Shown: positions 24,573 to 37,099 of the stretch, one piece after another | Layout: every line of letters starts with the position of its first letter | How positions within the stretch are numbered: the stretch's first letter is position 1 | From: Lama guanicoe | Lineage: Eukaryota | NCBI GenBank assembly: GCA_013239625.1 | Contig: MU054117.1 | Span: 4,516,677-4,580,676, forward strand | Reading direction: 5' to 3' | Length of the DNA: 64,000 nt | Made by a program: the position numbers and the translations under genes | Notes under the pieces: generated by a model | The model's database searches: none | What the model saw: the letters and a program-made list of their open reading frames with translations, nothing else | What the model was told of the DNA's origin: nothing

Positions 24573-24959
24573 CCTGCCTCAGGTCTCGGCCAGCCCTGCC
24601 GCCCACCAAGCCCCTCTCCTCTGGCAGAAAGGCACTTCGGAATGTGACCTTGTTATGGGGTGGTCTCAGATCTACGCTCACCTGGGGGGCGCAGTGGGGG
24701 GGTAATTAATGGTTCACAATGAAGAAAACAAGGCGCGGGACAATGGGACTAATATGTTGACATTTGTGTCACGGTTGGGGCACAGATGGATGGGAGTTTG
24801 CCAATAATGTATAAAACATTTCTGGAAGGATGCAGAAAACTCTAGTACTAGTACGGTCAGGAAGGTGGGAGGATTTCAGTGTCTCCCTTTCTGCGCCTTC
24901 TAGATTTGGAATAGTTAACTAAGTAAATACATGCTTTGAAATGCAAACTAGTGCTTTGA

Positions 24960-25609
24960 GTCTCCTGAGTAAGAGGACACTTAGAACACACCCCGCGACT
25001 GCGCTCCGGTCATGTCCGGACTGAGAGCCCAGCAGCTGTGGGGGGGAGCGGGCGGGGCACCAGTCAAGGAATGACACAGCAGTTAGCGCCGACATGGTGC
25101 AAGATTCAACTTCCAGTAGACCTTGAGCTTCAATAATTTCCCATTAAAATACAATAGCATGCTAAGTGGCCCTCCCACAGATGCCAAGGACAGTTCCCAG
25201 GCAGGACTTGTGAAAGGTCAAAAAGTGGGTGGTGGCCCAGTTCCTGGGAATCCCAGCCCCTTCCTCTAGCAGTTGTTAGCCTGCGAAGTTACCAAGTCCA
25301 TAAAAACCACCCGCCCCTCACCGCAGGGCCAGAGCTCTCACTCTTCTAGCCCCATCCTTTGAGGCCCCCACTCTCCCTTCTGAGCAACGGAATGTGTATC
25401 TCCTAGGCCTTTTCTCTTGCCTGCTGAGACGGCCTGCGCTCTCTGCGGAGCGCGCATCTCTGAATAGATCTACTTTCGCTTTACTATGGCTCGCTCTTGA
25501 ATTCTTTCCTGCCCGAAGCCAAGGACCCTCACTTGGTGGGGTACGTCCCAGGGACTCACCTGAGCCCTGGGGCGTGGCCATCCTCTCGCACCCCGTTTTT
25601 CCTGTATCA
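24960..25609 (+). mobile_element. MER41-like ERV1 solo LTR
   Basis: ctactttcgctttactatggctcgctcttgaattctttcctg-gaagccaaggaccctc; ends cctgtatca; 5' boundary approximate. Confidence 0.65.
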
Positions 25610-26619
25610 GCTCCATCCCTGGTCCCACTGGCCCTTCTCTCCCCTCTGCCTTGGCTCCTAGCCCACGTCTTACCCCTTCCTCAGGCTCTGGCCCTGAAGT
25701 GTCCCTATGAACTTGAATCACAGGAACCAGTGACCCAAGTGTGGGCGGCCACAGGCCCCCAAGCCAGGCCCTGAAGAACCTGGCAGGGAGACCACATCAA
25801 CCCGGGACTGTCCTCATTCATCACTCTTAATTAGGTCTAAAAATGGATGCCGGTAAGGAGTTTACAGCAAGAAGGGTCTGAAGGACTCCAGGGACCCCGG
25901 GACAGCCATACCAGGGGCCTTGTAATTCAGAAAGCAGGCAGGGCCGGGACGCAGGGCCCTCCAGAGCCCAGAGCCCCTCTCCTGCGGCTGCCTCTCGTCC
26001 TGCTCTTTCTAGGCCTCTTCTTGCATCCGCGCCTCTACCAGAGAGCGCAGCCTACCCCCACCGCTCTGATGTGAGCACAGCCCTGACCCCAGAGCCCCAT
26101 CACCCACCCCTGATCAGCCTGTGGTGGGGCTGCCCTTGAGTCAGTACCAATGCTGGGCCAAAGGAGGTAGGGCCACAGGGATCAGGCCAGTATCTCTCAG
26201 GAGGCGCTGCGGGCCGGCAGTCCTGTGTGTGCCCTACATCTCCAGGATACCTTCAGTCCGGGAGCCTTAGTTCACCCCCCAGGCTGGCCTGGCCTCACCT
26301 GACCCCCGGGCACTGCCTCTCCTGGATGTCTTCCTGTGAACAGAAGGGAGGCTACCTTCCTTGAGTCCGGGAGCCAGAAGAAATACCTCTGATATTTGTT
26401 ACAAGGGAGAAGGTCCAGGTCTCTAAATAACCTGACGACAAAGGGCCCACACAGGCACACCCCACCCCCTCCTCCTCCCACACATCCTCTGGCCGCCACC
26501 CGCTGGCTGATTTTGCCAAGACTCCAGCAGTGGTGAAAATATTTGCAGATTTTGGGCAATCCATGAACACAAAAATAGAGAAAAACAAACTCCAGAAACA
26601 GCATGGGATTTTAAAACAG

Positions 26620-26790
26620 AAAGTTCTAGATTTCACGTCTACATCTGCCCCTTACTAGCTATACAATCTTAGGCAAGTCACTTGACCTCACTGAGCTTCA
26701 GTTCCTTCATCTGTGAAGTGGGAGTAACGATGCCTAATTCACAAGGTTGGCATGGGAATGAAAAGATATCACGTGTGTGACAAAGCACAT
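26620..26790 (+). mobile_element. MIR SINE
   Basis: ggcaagtcacttgacctcactgagcttcagttccttcatctgtgaagtggg. Confidence 0.75.
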
Positions 26791-27064
26791 GGTAGACACT
26801 CTACAGAAGGTGCCCCCTCCCCCTTCCCCATACCCACGCCTTCCTCTCCTGTCTTTCCCGCAGTAAGCTCCCTCTGCCTAAGTCAACCAGAGTCACTTTC
26901 TGTGGCTGCAACCAAGTACACAGACTAAAAGAACCTGTGACCCTCTCTCCACCCGCACCTCACTGGTCCCTGGTCCCCCCCGCCCCCCAGCTTGACAAGG
27001 GGTGGACCTTTGTCATGTTTTCTTGCTTTCTAGGTGTTGGGAACTTCCTGTATTTTGAGTTTCA

Positions 27065-30000
27065 CTTTTTTTTTGCCCCCTCTCCAGCCCCTGGCAACCA
27101 CTTTTCTACATTCTTTTTGTATGTGTTTGACTTATTTTTCTTTTTAAAATCCCACATATACACAATAACATGGAGTATTTGTCTCTGTCTGGCTTTTTTC
27201 ACTTAGCCAATGCCCTCCAGTTCCATCCGGGTTGTCATGGGCAGTAGGATCTCCTTCCTTCTCATGGTTGAATAATATTCCATCGTGTATATATATCTTC
27301 TTTATCCGTTCATCCACAGATGGACACTTAGGCTGTTTCCATATCTTGGCTGTTGTAAATAAAGCCTCAGTGAACAAGGGAGCGCTGATACCTCTTTGAT
27401 ATCCTTTTTTCTTTTCCTTAGAATGTATACTCAGAAGTGGGATTCCTGGATCATATGGTAGTTCTATTTTTAATTTTTTGAGGAATCTCCATGCTGTTTT
27501 CCTTAGCGGTATAGTGGCTTTGATATCAGGGTCATGCTGGCCTTGGAAAATGAGTTTAGGAGTGTTTCTCCTCTTCTATTTTTTAGAAGAGTTTGAGAAG
27601 GAAGGATTTTTATTAATTCTCCTTTAAGTGTTTGGTTCACCAGTGACGCCATCTGGTCCTGGACCTTTCCTTCCTGGGACGTTTCTGATTGCTGATTCAA
27701 TCTCCTTACTAGTAGTAAATTGATCTGTTCAGATTGTCTATTTTTTCATGATTCAGTCTTGATAGGTCATATGTTTTTAGGAATTTATCCATGTTTTTCT
27801 AGGCTGTCCAATTTGTTGGCATGGAATTGTTCATAGCAGTCTCTTATGATCCTTTTATTTATGTGGTCATTTGTCAGTTGTACTGTCTCCTCTTTCATTT
27901 GTAATTTGAGTCCTCTCTTTTTTCTTGGTGAGTCAAGCTATAAGTTTGTTTATTTTTGCTTATCTTTTCAAAAAAACCAGCTCTAAGTTGCATTGCTCTT
28001 TTTAATTGTCTATTTAGTCTTTTTTTTTTTTCCCCATATGTTTCTGCTCTGATCATTGTTATTTCCTTCCTTCTGCTAACTCTGGGCTTGGGGTGCTCTT
28101 AGTTCCTTGAGGTATAAAGTTAGTTGTTTATTTGAGACCCTTCTTTTTTCTTAATGTAGCCATTTATCACCATGAACTTCCCTCTCAGAACTGCTTTTGC
28201 TGCATCTCGTGAGTTTTGTATATTGTATTTCCATTTTCATTTGTCCTAAGATGTTTTTCTCTCTTTTGATTTCTTCTCCAACTCATTGGTTGTTCTGCAG
28301 CATGTTGTTTGATATCTAACTATTTGTGAATTTTCCAGCTTTCATCTTGTAATTGATTTCTAGTTTCATACCATTGTGGCTGGAAATGGTACGTGATATG
28401 ATCTCAGTCTTCTTGAATTTATTGATGTGTTTTGTGGCCTAACATATAATCTCTCCTGGAGACTGGTCTGTGTGCATTTGAGAAGAATGTGCATTCTGAT
28501 GCTGTTGAATGGAATGTTCTGTAAATGTCTGTTAAGTCCACCTGGTCTAACGTGTAACTTAAGTTTGATGTTTCACTGATTTTCCTTCTGGATGACTTGT
28601 CCGTTGTTAAAAGTGGTGTAGTGAAGTCGTCTACTATTATTATATTGCTGCCTGTTTCTCCCTTCTGGTCTGTTAACATTTGTCTTACATAGTAGGTGCT
28701 CCACGTTGGGTGCATAAATATTTACAAATGTTACATCCTCTTTATCATAATATAATGACCTTCTTTGTCCCTTGTAGGAATCTTTAGTTTAAAATCTGCA
28801 TTGTCTAATATAAGTATAGCTACCTCTGCTTTCTTTTGGTTTCTATTTGCATGGAATATCTTTTCCCATATCTCTACTTTCAGCCTGTTTGTCCTTAAAG
28901 CTGAAGTGAGTCTCTTGTAGGCAGTATATACTTGGTTTTGTTTTTCATTCCATTCAGCCACTCAGTGTTTTTTGACTAGAGAATTTAGTCCATTTACATT
29001 TAAAGTAATCATTGATAGATATGGACTGACTTCTATTGTCATCTTGGTAATTGTTAACTGGCTGTTTGGTGACTCCCTTTTCCCTTCTGCTCTTGCTCTT
29101 TTCCTGGGTGATTAGATGATTTTCTGTAGTAGTATGTTTAGAGTCTTTTCTTTTTTTCTTTTGTGTCTTTACTCTAGGTTTTTGTTTTGCAATTACCACA
29201 AGGCTTACACAAAACAGCCTATATTTATAACACTCTGTTTTAAGCTGATAACAACCTAACTTGGGCACTTGCTAGAGCTCTACATTTCCACTCTCCCCAC
29301 ACATACATTTTATGTTTTTGATGTCACAATTTACACCTTTTTACCTTGTGTACCCATTAACAAATTAATGTAGTAACAGTTTCTGTTAATACTCTGTTTC
29401 TTCATTTTCCTTGACATCTATGTTGGTTTCTGTGCAACAGGCAAAAGGGTCACCTCTCCCAGTCTTGACAGACTGGTCTCGTGTAGCGGGTGGACTTTGT
29501 CATTCAGCCCAGCCGGAGCTCTCGGTTGTCTTTCAAGCCTTTGTGGTTGTCCAAGCTGCCTTCTTCGTTCTTCATGGCTCCCAGTAGTTGAGGGTGTGCC
29601 AAGACCTGTCAGTGTCCCCAAAGGGAGGATCTCAGTCAGCACCTAGATGCAGGTTGGTTGGAAGCCCAACCCTCAGGCAGCAGCTTTTAAGGTATGCAAA
29701 TAGGACTTACTCAGGGAAAGACTGGGAGACGGGCATTTCTGTCTGCTCCCCTCCATGCTGAGCCATGGGGGTACACCCCATTGAGAACTCTTTCTTTGTT
29801 TACTGTAGTCCTTTGAATACCATGGATGCAAGTTCCATTGGCTTTCAGAGCTCGGTGTTTGGGGGGGCCCACCTCTCAGGTGGAAGTCTTAAAACTTGGG
29901 ATGCAAGATACTGGGTCCAACAATTGGGCTCCTCAATTGCACGGCACTCCACAGGGTGGGGTTTTACGGCCAGTGTGTTGCTGCCTTTGCTGCTCATTTT

Positions 30001-30150
30001 GATGTGGGCATTTTCTCATTCATCCAATGTGCAGAGAATTTCCAGATTTCTTTCAGAGGGAATTTCTCCACTTGTAGCTGCAGATGTGCAGGGTCCGCGG
30101 GAGGAGGTGTGTTCAGGAGCCTCCTATGCCGCCATCTTGGATCAGAGAGT
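27065..30150 (-). mobile_element. Degenerate, internally deleted L1 (5'UTR, inter-ORF region, ORF2 endonuclease, ORF2 C-terminus/3'UTR)
   Basis: Frameshifted ORF2 peptides LKVEIWEKIFHAN..KKAEVAILI, IIVDDFTTPL..DLTDIYRTFH, NSFSKASMTLISKP, MFTEALFTTAKIWKQPKCPS; 5' start caagatggcggc. Confidence 0.9.
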
Positions 30151-32529
30151 ACCTGATTGTCTTTAATACAGTCTGTCATACTGCATTAAATGTCACCAGT
30201 GGGGGGCTGACTATAAAATATCCACTTTAAAAAGTCCTAGCAGCCACAGTAATTTGTTAGGAGCCTCTGCTTTCCTTGTCAACTGTCTCTGAGCTCAGCA
30301 ACACCAAGGAAACAGGAGGAGACTTGGCTGCTTAGAGTGATGGGGACAGAAAGTCTGGATGGGGTTGTGGGCGCAGTGGGGTTCTTCAGAGGGGTTGGCA
30401 GGCTTTGGACACACACATATATGTATATGTATGTATATAAAACATCCTATCTGTCTCTCTGCCTGAGGGTTGGGCTTCCAATCCTTATCTGTTTTGTTCA
30501 CTAATGTATCGCAAGCACCCAGAATACCTGGCACACAGTAGGTGTGCAAGAAACATTTACTAAATGGGGAATGAATTTATTCAGCAGATTTTTTTAAAGC
30601 CTACTCTTCACCAGACCCCGTGCCGCCCACGTCGACACAAGGAAGTCAGACCCAGTCCTTGCACTTTTGAAACTTAAGGTCAGGCTTCTTATTTGCTAAA
30701 ACGAAGACATGTTGAGAAATGAATGAATGTAATGTGCTCACTTTCCTGGGGAATGTGGGATCTTTACAGAGAAACTTTTTCACCCAGAGAGTGCCCCTTG
30801 AACTTCAGGATATCAGCCTGGCTATTTCTGTGCAGGGCAGCTTTCTGAATGCATCTCAGATTACACCAACACGGCTACCCCACCCACACAGCCGGCCTGC
30901 CAGAGCCTGACCGTGGAGGAAGGCGTCCTGAGACGACTGTCCTCCTTTCTTCTTCCTTGTTAAGACGTTGTCTACAGCGATCAGGGACCCATCTGCAAAC
31001 AGAGGGTGACTGAGGGGAGCTTGGTGGAGGGGCCAATCACAGAGAGGCAGGTGAGGTTGAGGGAAATCAACCAGGGATGGTGAAGGTGATGGGGTGATGA
31101 CCAAAAGCCAGAGGTCAGGGGAAACCACAGAGGTCAGCCTGCTGGGACGCAGAGCTGACAGGGAAGGTCGGAAGGTCTGAGGGGCACATGGAATACCCAG
31201 CACCACCTCTTTATCTTCCTTCGGTCAGGCTGGGAAACTGAGGCATGAGCAGCCGGACCTGGGGGATCGGTACCCCATATCAGGCGTGGGCCTGAGGGTA
31301 TCAGAGCAGGGAGGAAAAGGCACCACAGATACTCTTCAGTTCTGAGAAGAGAAAACTGGCTGTGTTCTTGTCTGGCTGTCACCGTGGCAACCACGCCACA
31401 CTGCCTTCCAGGCCCAAGTCCAGGGGATGGCTGGCGGTCACTTTTTCCACCACCCACCCATTCCTGTCCTGTCCCTCTTTCCTTCCTCCTTGGCCCCAAA
31501 CATTGTGACTTCCCTTGCCGCATCCATTCCCAAGGGGAAAAATGGATGGCAGCCCTGGGCGGAGGGTGGGGACTCCTGCTGCGGGGGCAGAGATGTCATG
31601 GGGGGGGCGGTTCAGAGCGAGGTAGCACAGGGGTGCCAGAGAGCCCAGAGTGAAGGGGAGAGGATTACTGAGCAGCTGTGAGGGGTGACCCGGCAACCTA
31701 ACAGGTTTAGACTTTACTGCCTTGGTGACATACGAACAGACGGACCGGTAGCTGCTCCGCCTCTGCCCCTGCCAGTGGGACGAGAGGAAGGGGGCTGTTC
31801 TTGGTCCTTCCTTGTCAAAGCACCAACAGTGACAGATGGTAGCGAGGCAGGGCACCGGGTCCCCTTCAGAGGAAACTACCGGAAGAAAGATATGCCCCTT
31901 GGCTTAAAAAAGCAAAGGCCAGGAAGGAAGCGGCCGTAGCCTTGTTTGGTGACCGCTTTATGGCACCACTTTTGACGCAGCTCCCTAAGAGGCCTACATG
32001 CCTGGGTCAGTCCAGCTGGCTGGGGTTGCTAGAAATCAGGGTGAGGAGCGACCTGCTGTTTAGGGCAGCTCTGCCCACATCCTCTGCTCCTTCCACGCAG
32101 TTCCAACCTGTCCTTCTGGGCTGGTCTATTCAGCTTCCTCCTTGCACACAGTATTTACTCCCGGGCCACAAATGCGACACTCTGCCTCTGAAATTCCCAA
32201 GCATTCGCTGCTTCCAGCACGGGTCTTCCCCAGCATCGCCCACCTCGCTTCTATGTGGACTGTCTTATTTCCCCACAAACAGCTGGGAACCGCCTCATGC
32301 CTAACTCTGGGCTGAACACGGACCCTACAGGCAGCTCTCAATGAGTCCATTCTGAATCACCGAGGAAGGAGGGCAGACTCCAGGATCCACCACTGTCAGG
32401 GACTTTAATATCAGCTGCTGACACCTTGGGTGTGCCCTCCTAGGGCAAACGACCCCTCAATCTGCCAACTGGGAAACAGAAAGCTCATTTTATCCAACTC
32501 AGTGAACACAGATAACACTGGTGTCACAA

Positions 32530-32720
32530 TTTGCAGTCACCAAGGCACCACTTTGCAGACGATCTTATTTGAATCGCACAGCAACCTTGCAAAGTAGCAG
32601 GACACATTAGCCCACTTCACAGAATGAAGAAACTGAGAGTCAGAGAGGTTGAGTGACATGCCCGGGGGCGCACAGTTAGTGTCCAGAACGCAGGTCCCTA
32701 GACTCCTAGCCTGACACCTC
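32530..32720 (-). mobile_element. MIR SINE
   Basis: gaagaaactgagagtcagagaggttgagtgacatgccc. Confidence 0.7.
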
Positions 32721-33239
32721 GCATGGGCACCTAGTACCCAGAAGGACACCTGGCATCTAAAGACCAGAACAGACTATCAAGCTGGGAGTGACAGATACAA
32801 CTTAACTCCAGGGCAGAAGACAAAACTGAGAGAGAGGGATAAGCAACATGTCCCAGAGGAGGGAGGGACACTCCACCTAGCTGGCGTGTCAGATAACACA
32901 GTCTACTTGAGCCTGGGGGAAAGACAATGGATGCCAAGGTTCACTCAGGCCCTTGGGCGGCCGACATGGTTGGTCTGAGCCCTCAGAGTTCAGGGGTTTC
33001 AGCTGCAGGTGGCCACTAGCCCAGAGGAGTGACCACCCTGCCCAGAACCTTCTAGAAATGAATTTCATTGGATGGGTGGGAACACTGGTGATCCTATAAA
33101 CTGAGACAGAAGCCAGGAGAGACTGAGAAGGGCCCCTCCTCCTTCTGAAACAGCTCTCACAGGAGACGCAGATGGTCCCACTGGAAGAATCTGGGACACT
33201 CTTCAAAGCCAATTAGCAGAAAGTGAGATCTACACCAGA

Positions 33240-33560
33240 CGTTTGCAAACATGGCTGCACCAGAAAATCACACGAACAGTTTCTTAAAAGTACAGACTTC
33301 CCAATCACCTCAGCCCTTTGAATTCAACCATCTGAGCAGTGGTGCTCAATTTCAGCCACATACGAGGACATCCCAACGCCCAGGTGGACCCCTGATCTAT
33401 TCAATCAGAATCTCCGGGGGATTCTGCATCAGCACTTCCTTCAAGTCCATGGGGGTATCAGTGTATGATCGTGGCTGAGAATCACAGCTCTGCATGCCAT
33501 GGGCTGGGATCTGTGTGTTTAACACGCTCCCCAGCCAACTCTAATGAACCTCAAGTCTGC
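33240..33560. mobile_element. MER5-type hAT-Charlie fragments
   Basis: gcagtggtgctcaa...aatcagaatctccggg...gctgagaatcac. Confidence 0.5.
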
Positions 33561-33856
33561 CTCACTCTGTTGGCAGGTATTTGGGGAAAGCTGCTAAAGG
33601 CAACTTGCCCCAAAGCAGCAAGTGTGGGTCACAAACAAGCAGGGGGAGTAGTGGCAGCGGGAGACCAGGTCCTGGGGCCATAGAGACAGCCAAAGACTGA
33701 ACAAGAGTGACGCCCAGTGCTTCTCGTCTGCTCTGTGGCATCTGGGAAAACCACAGGGCTCACCGAGCCTCCTCCCTCAGCGCTGAGCCAGCTCTGCCAT
33801 TTACCACTATGCTCTTCCGATACCTTGAGAAGAAAACCACCTGCAGCATATTCCTC

Positions 33857-34320
33857 TGATGACACAAAATTCATATTTTATGGCAAGACAAGCAAAATTT
33901 AAACATAAAACTTTTCTCTGCCCACTCAGGCCTCCTCCCTCCCCTTCAGTGTGTGTGTTGTGCATCTGCATTAACCTGACCTCCCTTGGAGATAACATTC
34001 TTCATCTCATAAAGGGTCACGATTTCTTAAGACAGAACCTTCCTTCTTTAAGACAGAACCTTCCTTCTTAATCTCGTAAGAGGCCATGATGACTCATGAC
34101 CACACTTGGTAGGAGTTGATATGGATTGTGTAAACTGTCAATAATGTGTCATTTCACACACAGCCCTCTCTCTTAAAACTTATATAACTGCTCTTTCACC
34201 TCTAATGGGCCAAACAGTTCAGAGCTTTCTGAGTGGCTGTTCCCAGGTTATAGGCGTCAGTTTGGCTCGAATAAAATTTTACATTTCTTTTAAATCGACT
34301 GATTAACTTTTTCATGGACA
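33857..34320 (+). mobile_element. Solo ERV1 LTR (MER34/LTR39-like) with internal 21-bp tandem duplication
   Basis: TG...CA termini, flanks cctc/cctg; TATA-like ttatataa, AATAAA; (ttaagacagaaccttccttct)2 at 34027-34068. Confidence 0.7.
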
Positions 34321-34879
34321 CCTGGACCCCACCAATATTTAAAGTCAGTCTCATGCACACAGCCTCTGATATCAGGGGGTCTGGGTTTAACTCCTACACT
34401 AGACTTCCTAGCCGTGTGATCTTTCGCAAATTACCTAACTTCTCTGAGCTTCTGCTTCCTCAGCTGCCATATGCGGATATGAATAGTACTTACGTCTTAG
34501 AGTAGTCTGAGAATCAAATAATTAATCCTTCAAGCACCTGGAACAAACAATAAGGGGCACTCAGCAGGTGCCTCATACAGATCAGCTATTAGGCAAATTA
34601 TATATTTGTACTGCTTGCTCTGCATTATGGCTGCGTACAAGGCGCTGTTTTAGGCACTGTCCATGGCTTTGTGAGTGGGAGGTCCAGACCCAGGAGCTCC
34701 GCCTCCTCTTTGAGGCCTTTGGACAAGCCACCTGACTGCCTGGGCCACATCTCCCACGCAAGGCCAGACCCAGGATCTGCAAGGCCAGGGGCAGCTGTGA
34801 CCCCCGAGGTGCTGAGCCAGACCCTCTCTGGGCACCGTCAACCTGCAGCCAGGACCAGGGTTCCTCTTCTTCTGACTTA

Positions 34880-35520
34880 GTCTGAGAGGAGGCGAAAGCC
34901 GCGGGGCACGCCAAGGCACCCACGCCCCGCCCCGCCCCGCAGGATGTGTCCTCGCGGCTCCCGAACCCCAGGAGCCCCCGCTGTCCTTGAATCAGCCCAG
35001 GAGGGCCCAGGCCCAGACGAAGTCTCCTTCCCAAACTCTGGCCGGAAAGGAGAAAGCGCCGAGCGCCGGGTCCCCGCGCCCCGGCTTTGGGGAAGCCCAG
35101 GCCCGGCCGGCGGCAGGGCGGCGCCCCCGGGGCCCCTCCCAGGGGTCAGCTGTGGGCGGCGGCCGGGGCGCGGCGGGCGCGGGAAGCCCGAGGACGGCTG
35201 ACTCATGCTCCCTCCCGCCGCCGTGACTCACCCGCGGCCCCGGAGGCCGCCCCAGTCCGCTCCCGCTGCCCCGCGGCGCCCCCTGGCGGCCGCCTGGACG
35301 CAGGCTGCCCCGCCCCGCGCTCNNNNNNNNNNNNNNNNNNNNNNNNNNNNNNNNNNNNNNNNNNNNNNNNNNNNNNNNNNNNNNNNNNNNNNNNNNNNNN
35401 NNNNNNNNNNNNNNNNNNNNNNNNNNNNNNNNNNNNNNNNNNNNNNNNNNNNNNNNNNNNNNNNNNNNNNNNNNNNNNNNNCGGGCCCCGCCCCCCCGGG
35501 CTCCCAACCCCGCGCACTTT
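34880..35520. promoter_or_regulatory. Intergenic CpG island with GC boxes, AP-1 and CTCF motifs
   Basis: Very CpG-dense; repeated ccccgccc; TGACTCA at 35199 and 35224; CTCF-like motif 35274-35292. Confidence 0.8.
35323..35481. other. Assembly gap (159 N)
   Basis: Run of N inside GC-rich island. Confidence 1.
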
Positions 35521-37099
35521 TCACCCTTCCCGGTCTCCACCCCCAGCTCCGAAAGCTAAGTGAAGAACTTAGTAGCCTTCACTGTAGTATTTCTCCGTTT
35601 TCTTACAGATCTGAACATGATCAAAATAAAAAGCTGAAGGTGGAGATAGCTCTCTCATCCTCCCACGGCCACAACACACTGTGCTTTTAAAAGATGAGTT
35701 TCTGAGCCTTCTCCTGGGGACCCCAAACTAAGGCCAAATTGGAGCTGGAAACTAGATGGCCTACCCACCCACCCCAGCCCCTAGAAGGAAAGACCAGAAA
35801 TATCTCTTCGCTTCCAGGGAGGGGGGGTCAGCTACCACTCCCCCACCTGTGTCCCCACCGGGATATGGGCCTCGAAACAGTGACCCTGTCTGTCCGATTC
35901 TCCACCCTATCCCCACCACCAGGCACAATATTTTCACTTAGTAGGCCTTGAATTAAAAACTAAATGGTTGGATGAATGAGGGACTTCGGGGTGCAGGGGG
36001 GAAGGAAGTAGTCCCAAAGAATGCTGGGGTCCCGCCACTTACCCACCAAAATCTCAGCAGACTTCCCACGCCGTGGTCTTCCTCCTCTTCCTCCTTCACC
36101 CGGGAGGAGCTAAGGCTCACCACGTCAGGCCCAGGCGGGTTCCATACCCGGCCCCCAGCAGCTTGACCCTCGGTCTAGCACTTCACCTGTTTCCCCTTCC
36201 GGTGGACTTTGGTCCCGAGAAGCAAAGAATTCTCTGGAAATGAGCGGGGGACAGTGGCCAGCATTGTCCAGCACAGTGTGCCCCCCACTCTGCTAAGTCT
36301 CCGATGTCTATTTTATTCTATTTTAATTAATGCTCACAGCCCCCCTGGGGAGGGGGCAGGTGCTGTTATGTGCGGGTACTCAGAGAAGGAAATAAAAGCT
36401 TAAGTAATGCTGTAATGACAATTTATTGAGCTCTTAATTATTTAGGCAACAGTTTGTTTAATTCCAATAACTGGGGAATGAGGGATTCCCTCCCCCCCCC
36501 CTTTACAGATCAGCTAAAAGGAAAAAAACTGACTTGTTCAAGGTGGCTGGTCTCAGCCTGGGTCTCAGCCCCCATGCGCTGGAGTTCTTTCCATTTTCTC
36601 GGTGTCACCTCTCCCTCCCCTTAGGCAACAAATGTGACTCACGGTCTTAACTCAGTCCACATCCAGATTCCAGCCCCATGAGTAACTCACCCTGCTGGTA
36701 GCTTTTGCAATGAGAACCTACCTGAACAAACTCTGCTGCTCTGCTGGAAGGCAGCTCCACGGGGCAGGGTTTTCTCTTTCTCTGATTTACTCACTGTGCG
36801 CTCTCTCCAGTGCCTAGGAGAGTGAGTCTGCATTTCTTGGAGCTCAATATACTTGTGTTAAATAAATGAAATCTCTCCACTGAAGAGGTCAGACCGTCCC
36901 CAACAGGCAAGCCTCAAGATGATGGGGAGAGGGGGAGGGGGAATCGAAGGGTGGGCGTGGGGTTGCTTCTGCCCCTAAACCTGTCCAGGAAGAAAAGACG
37001 CCTCGTAGGGGTCCGTTAGCTGCCCGTCTTCATGCCTCACACCCTGTCCGGGTCGGAAAGCTCTTCCTCAAATCTAGTTTGATCTTACTCTCACCTTCC

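Noticed and set aside
27144..29268. Functional L1 ORF2
   Set aside because: Multiple frameshifts and stops; RT region absent.
34992..35690. ORFs over the CpG island
   Set aside because: Length inflated by the N gap; G/P/R/A-rich products typical of CpG islands.
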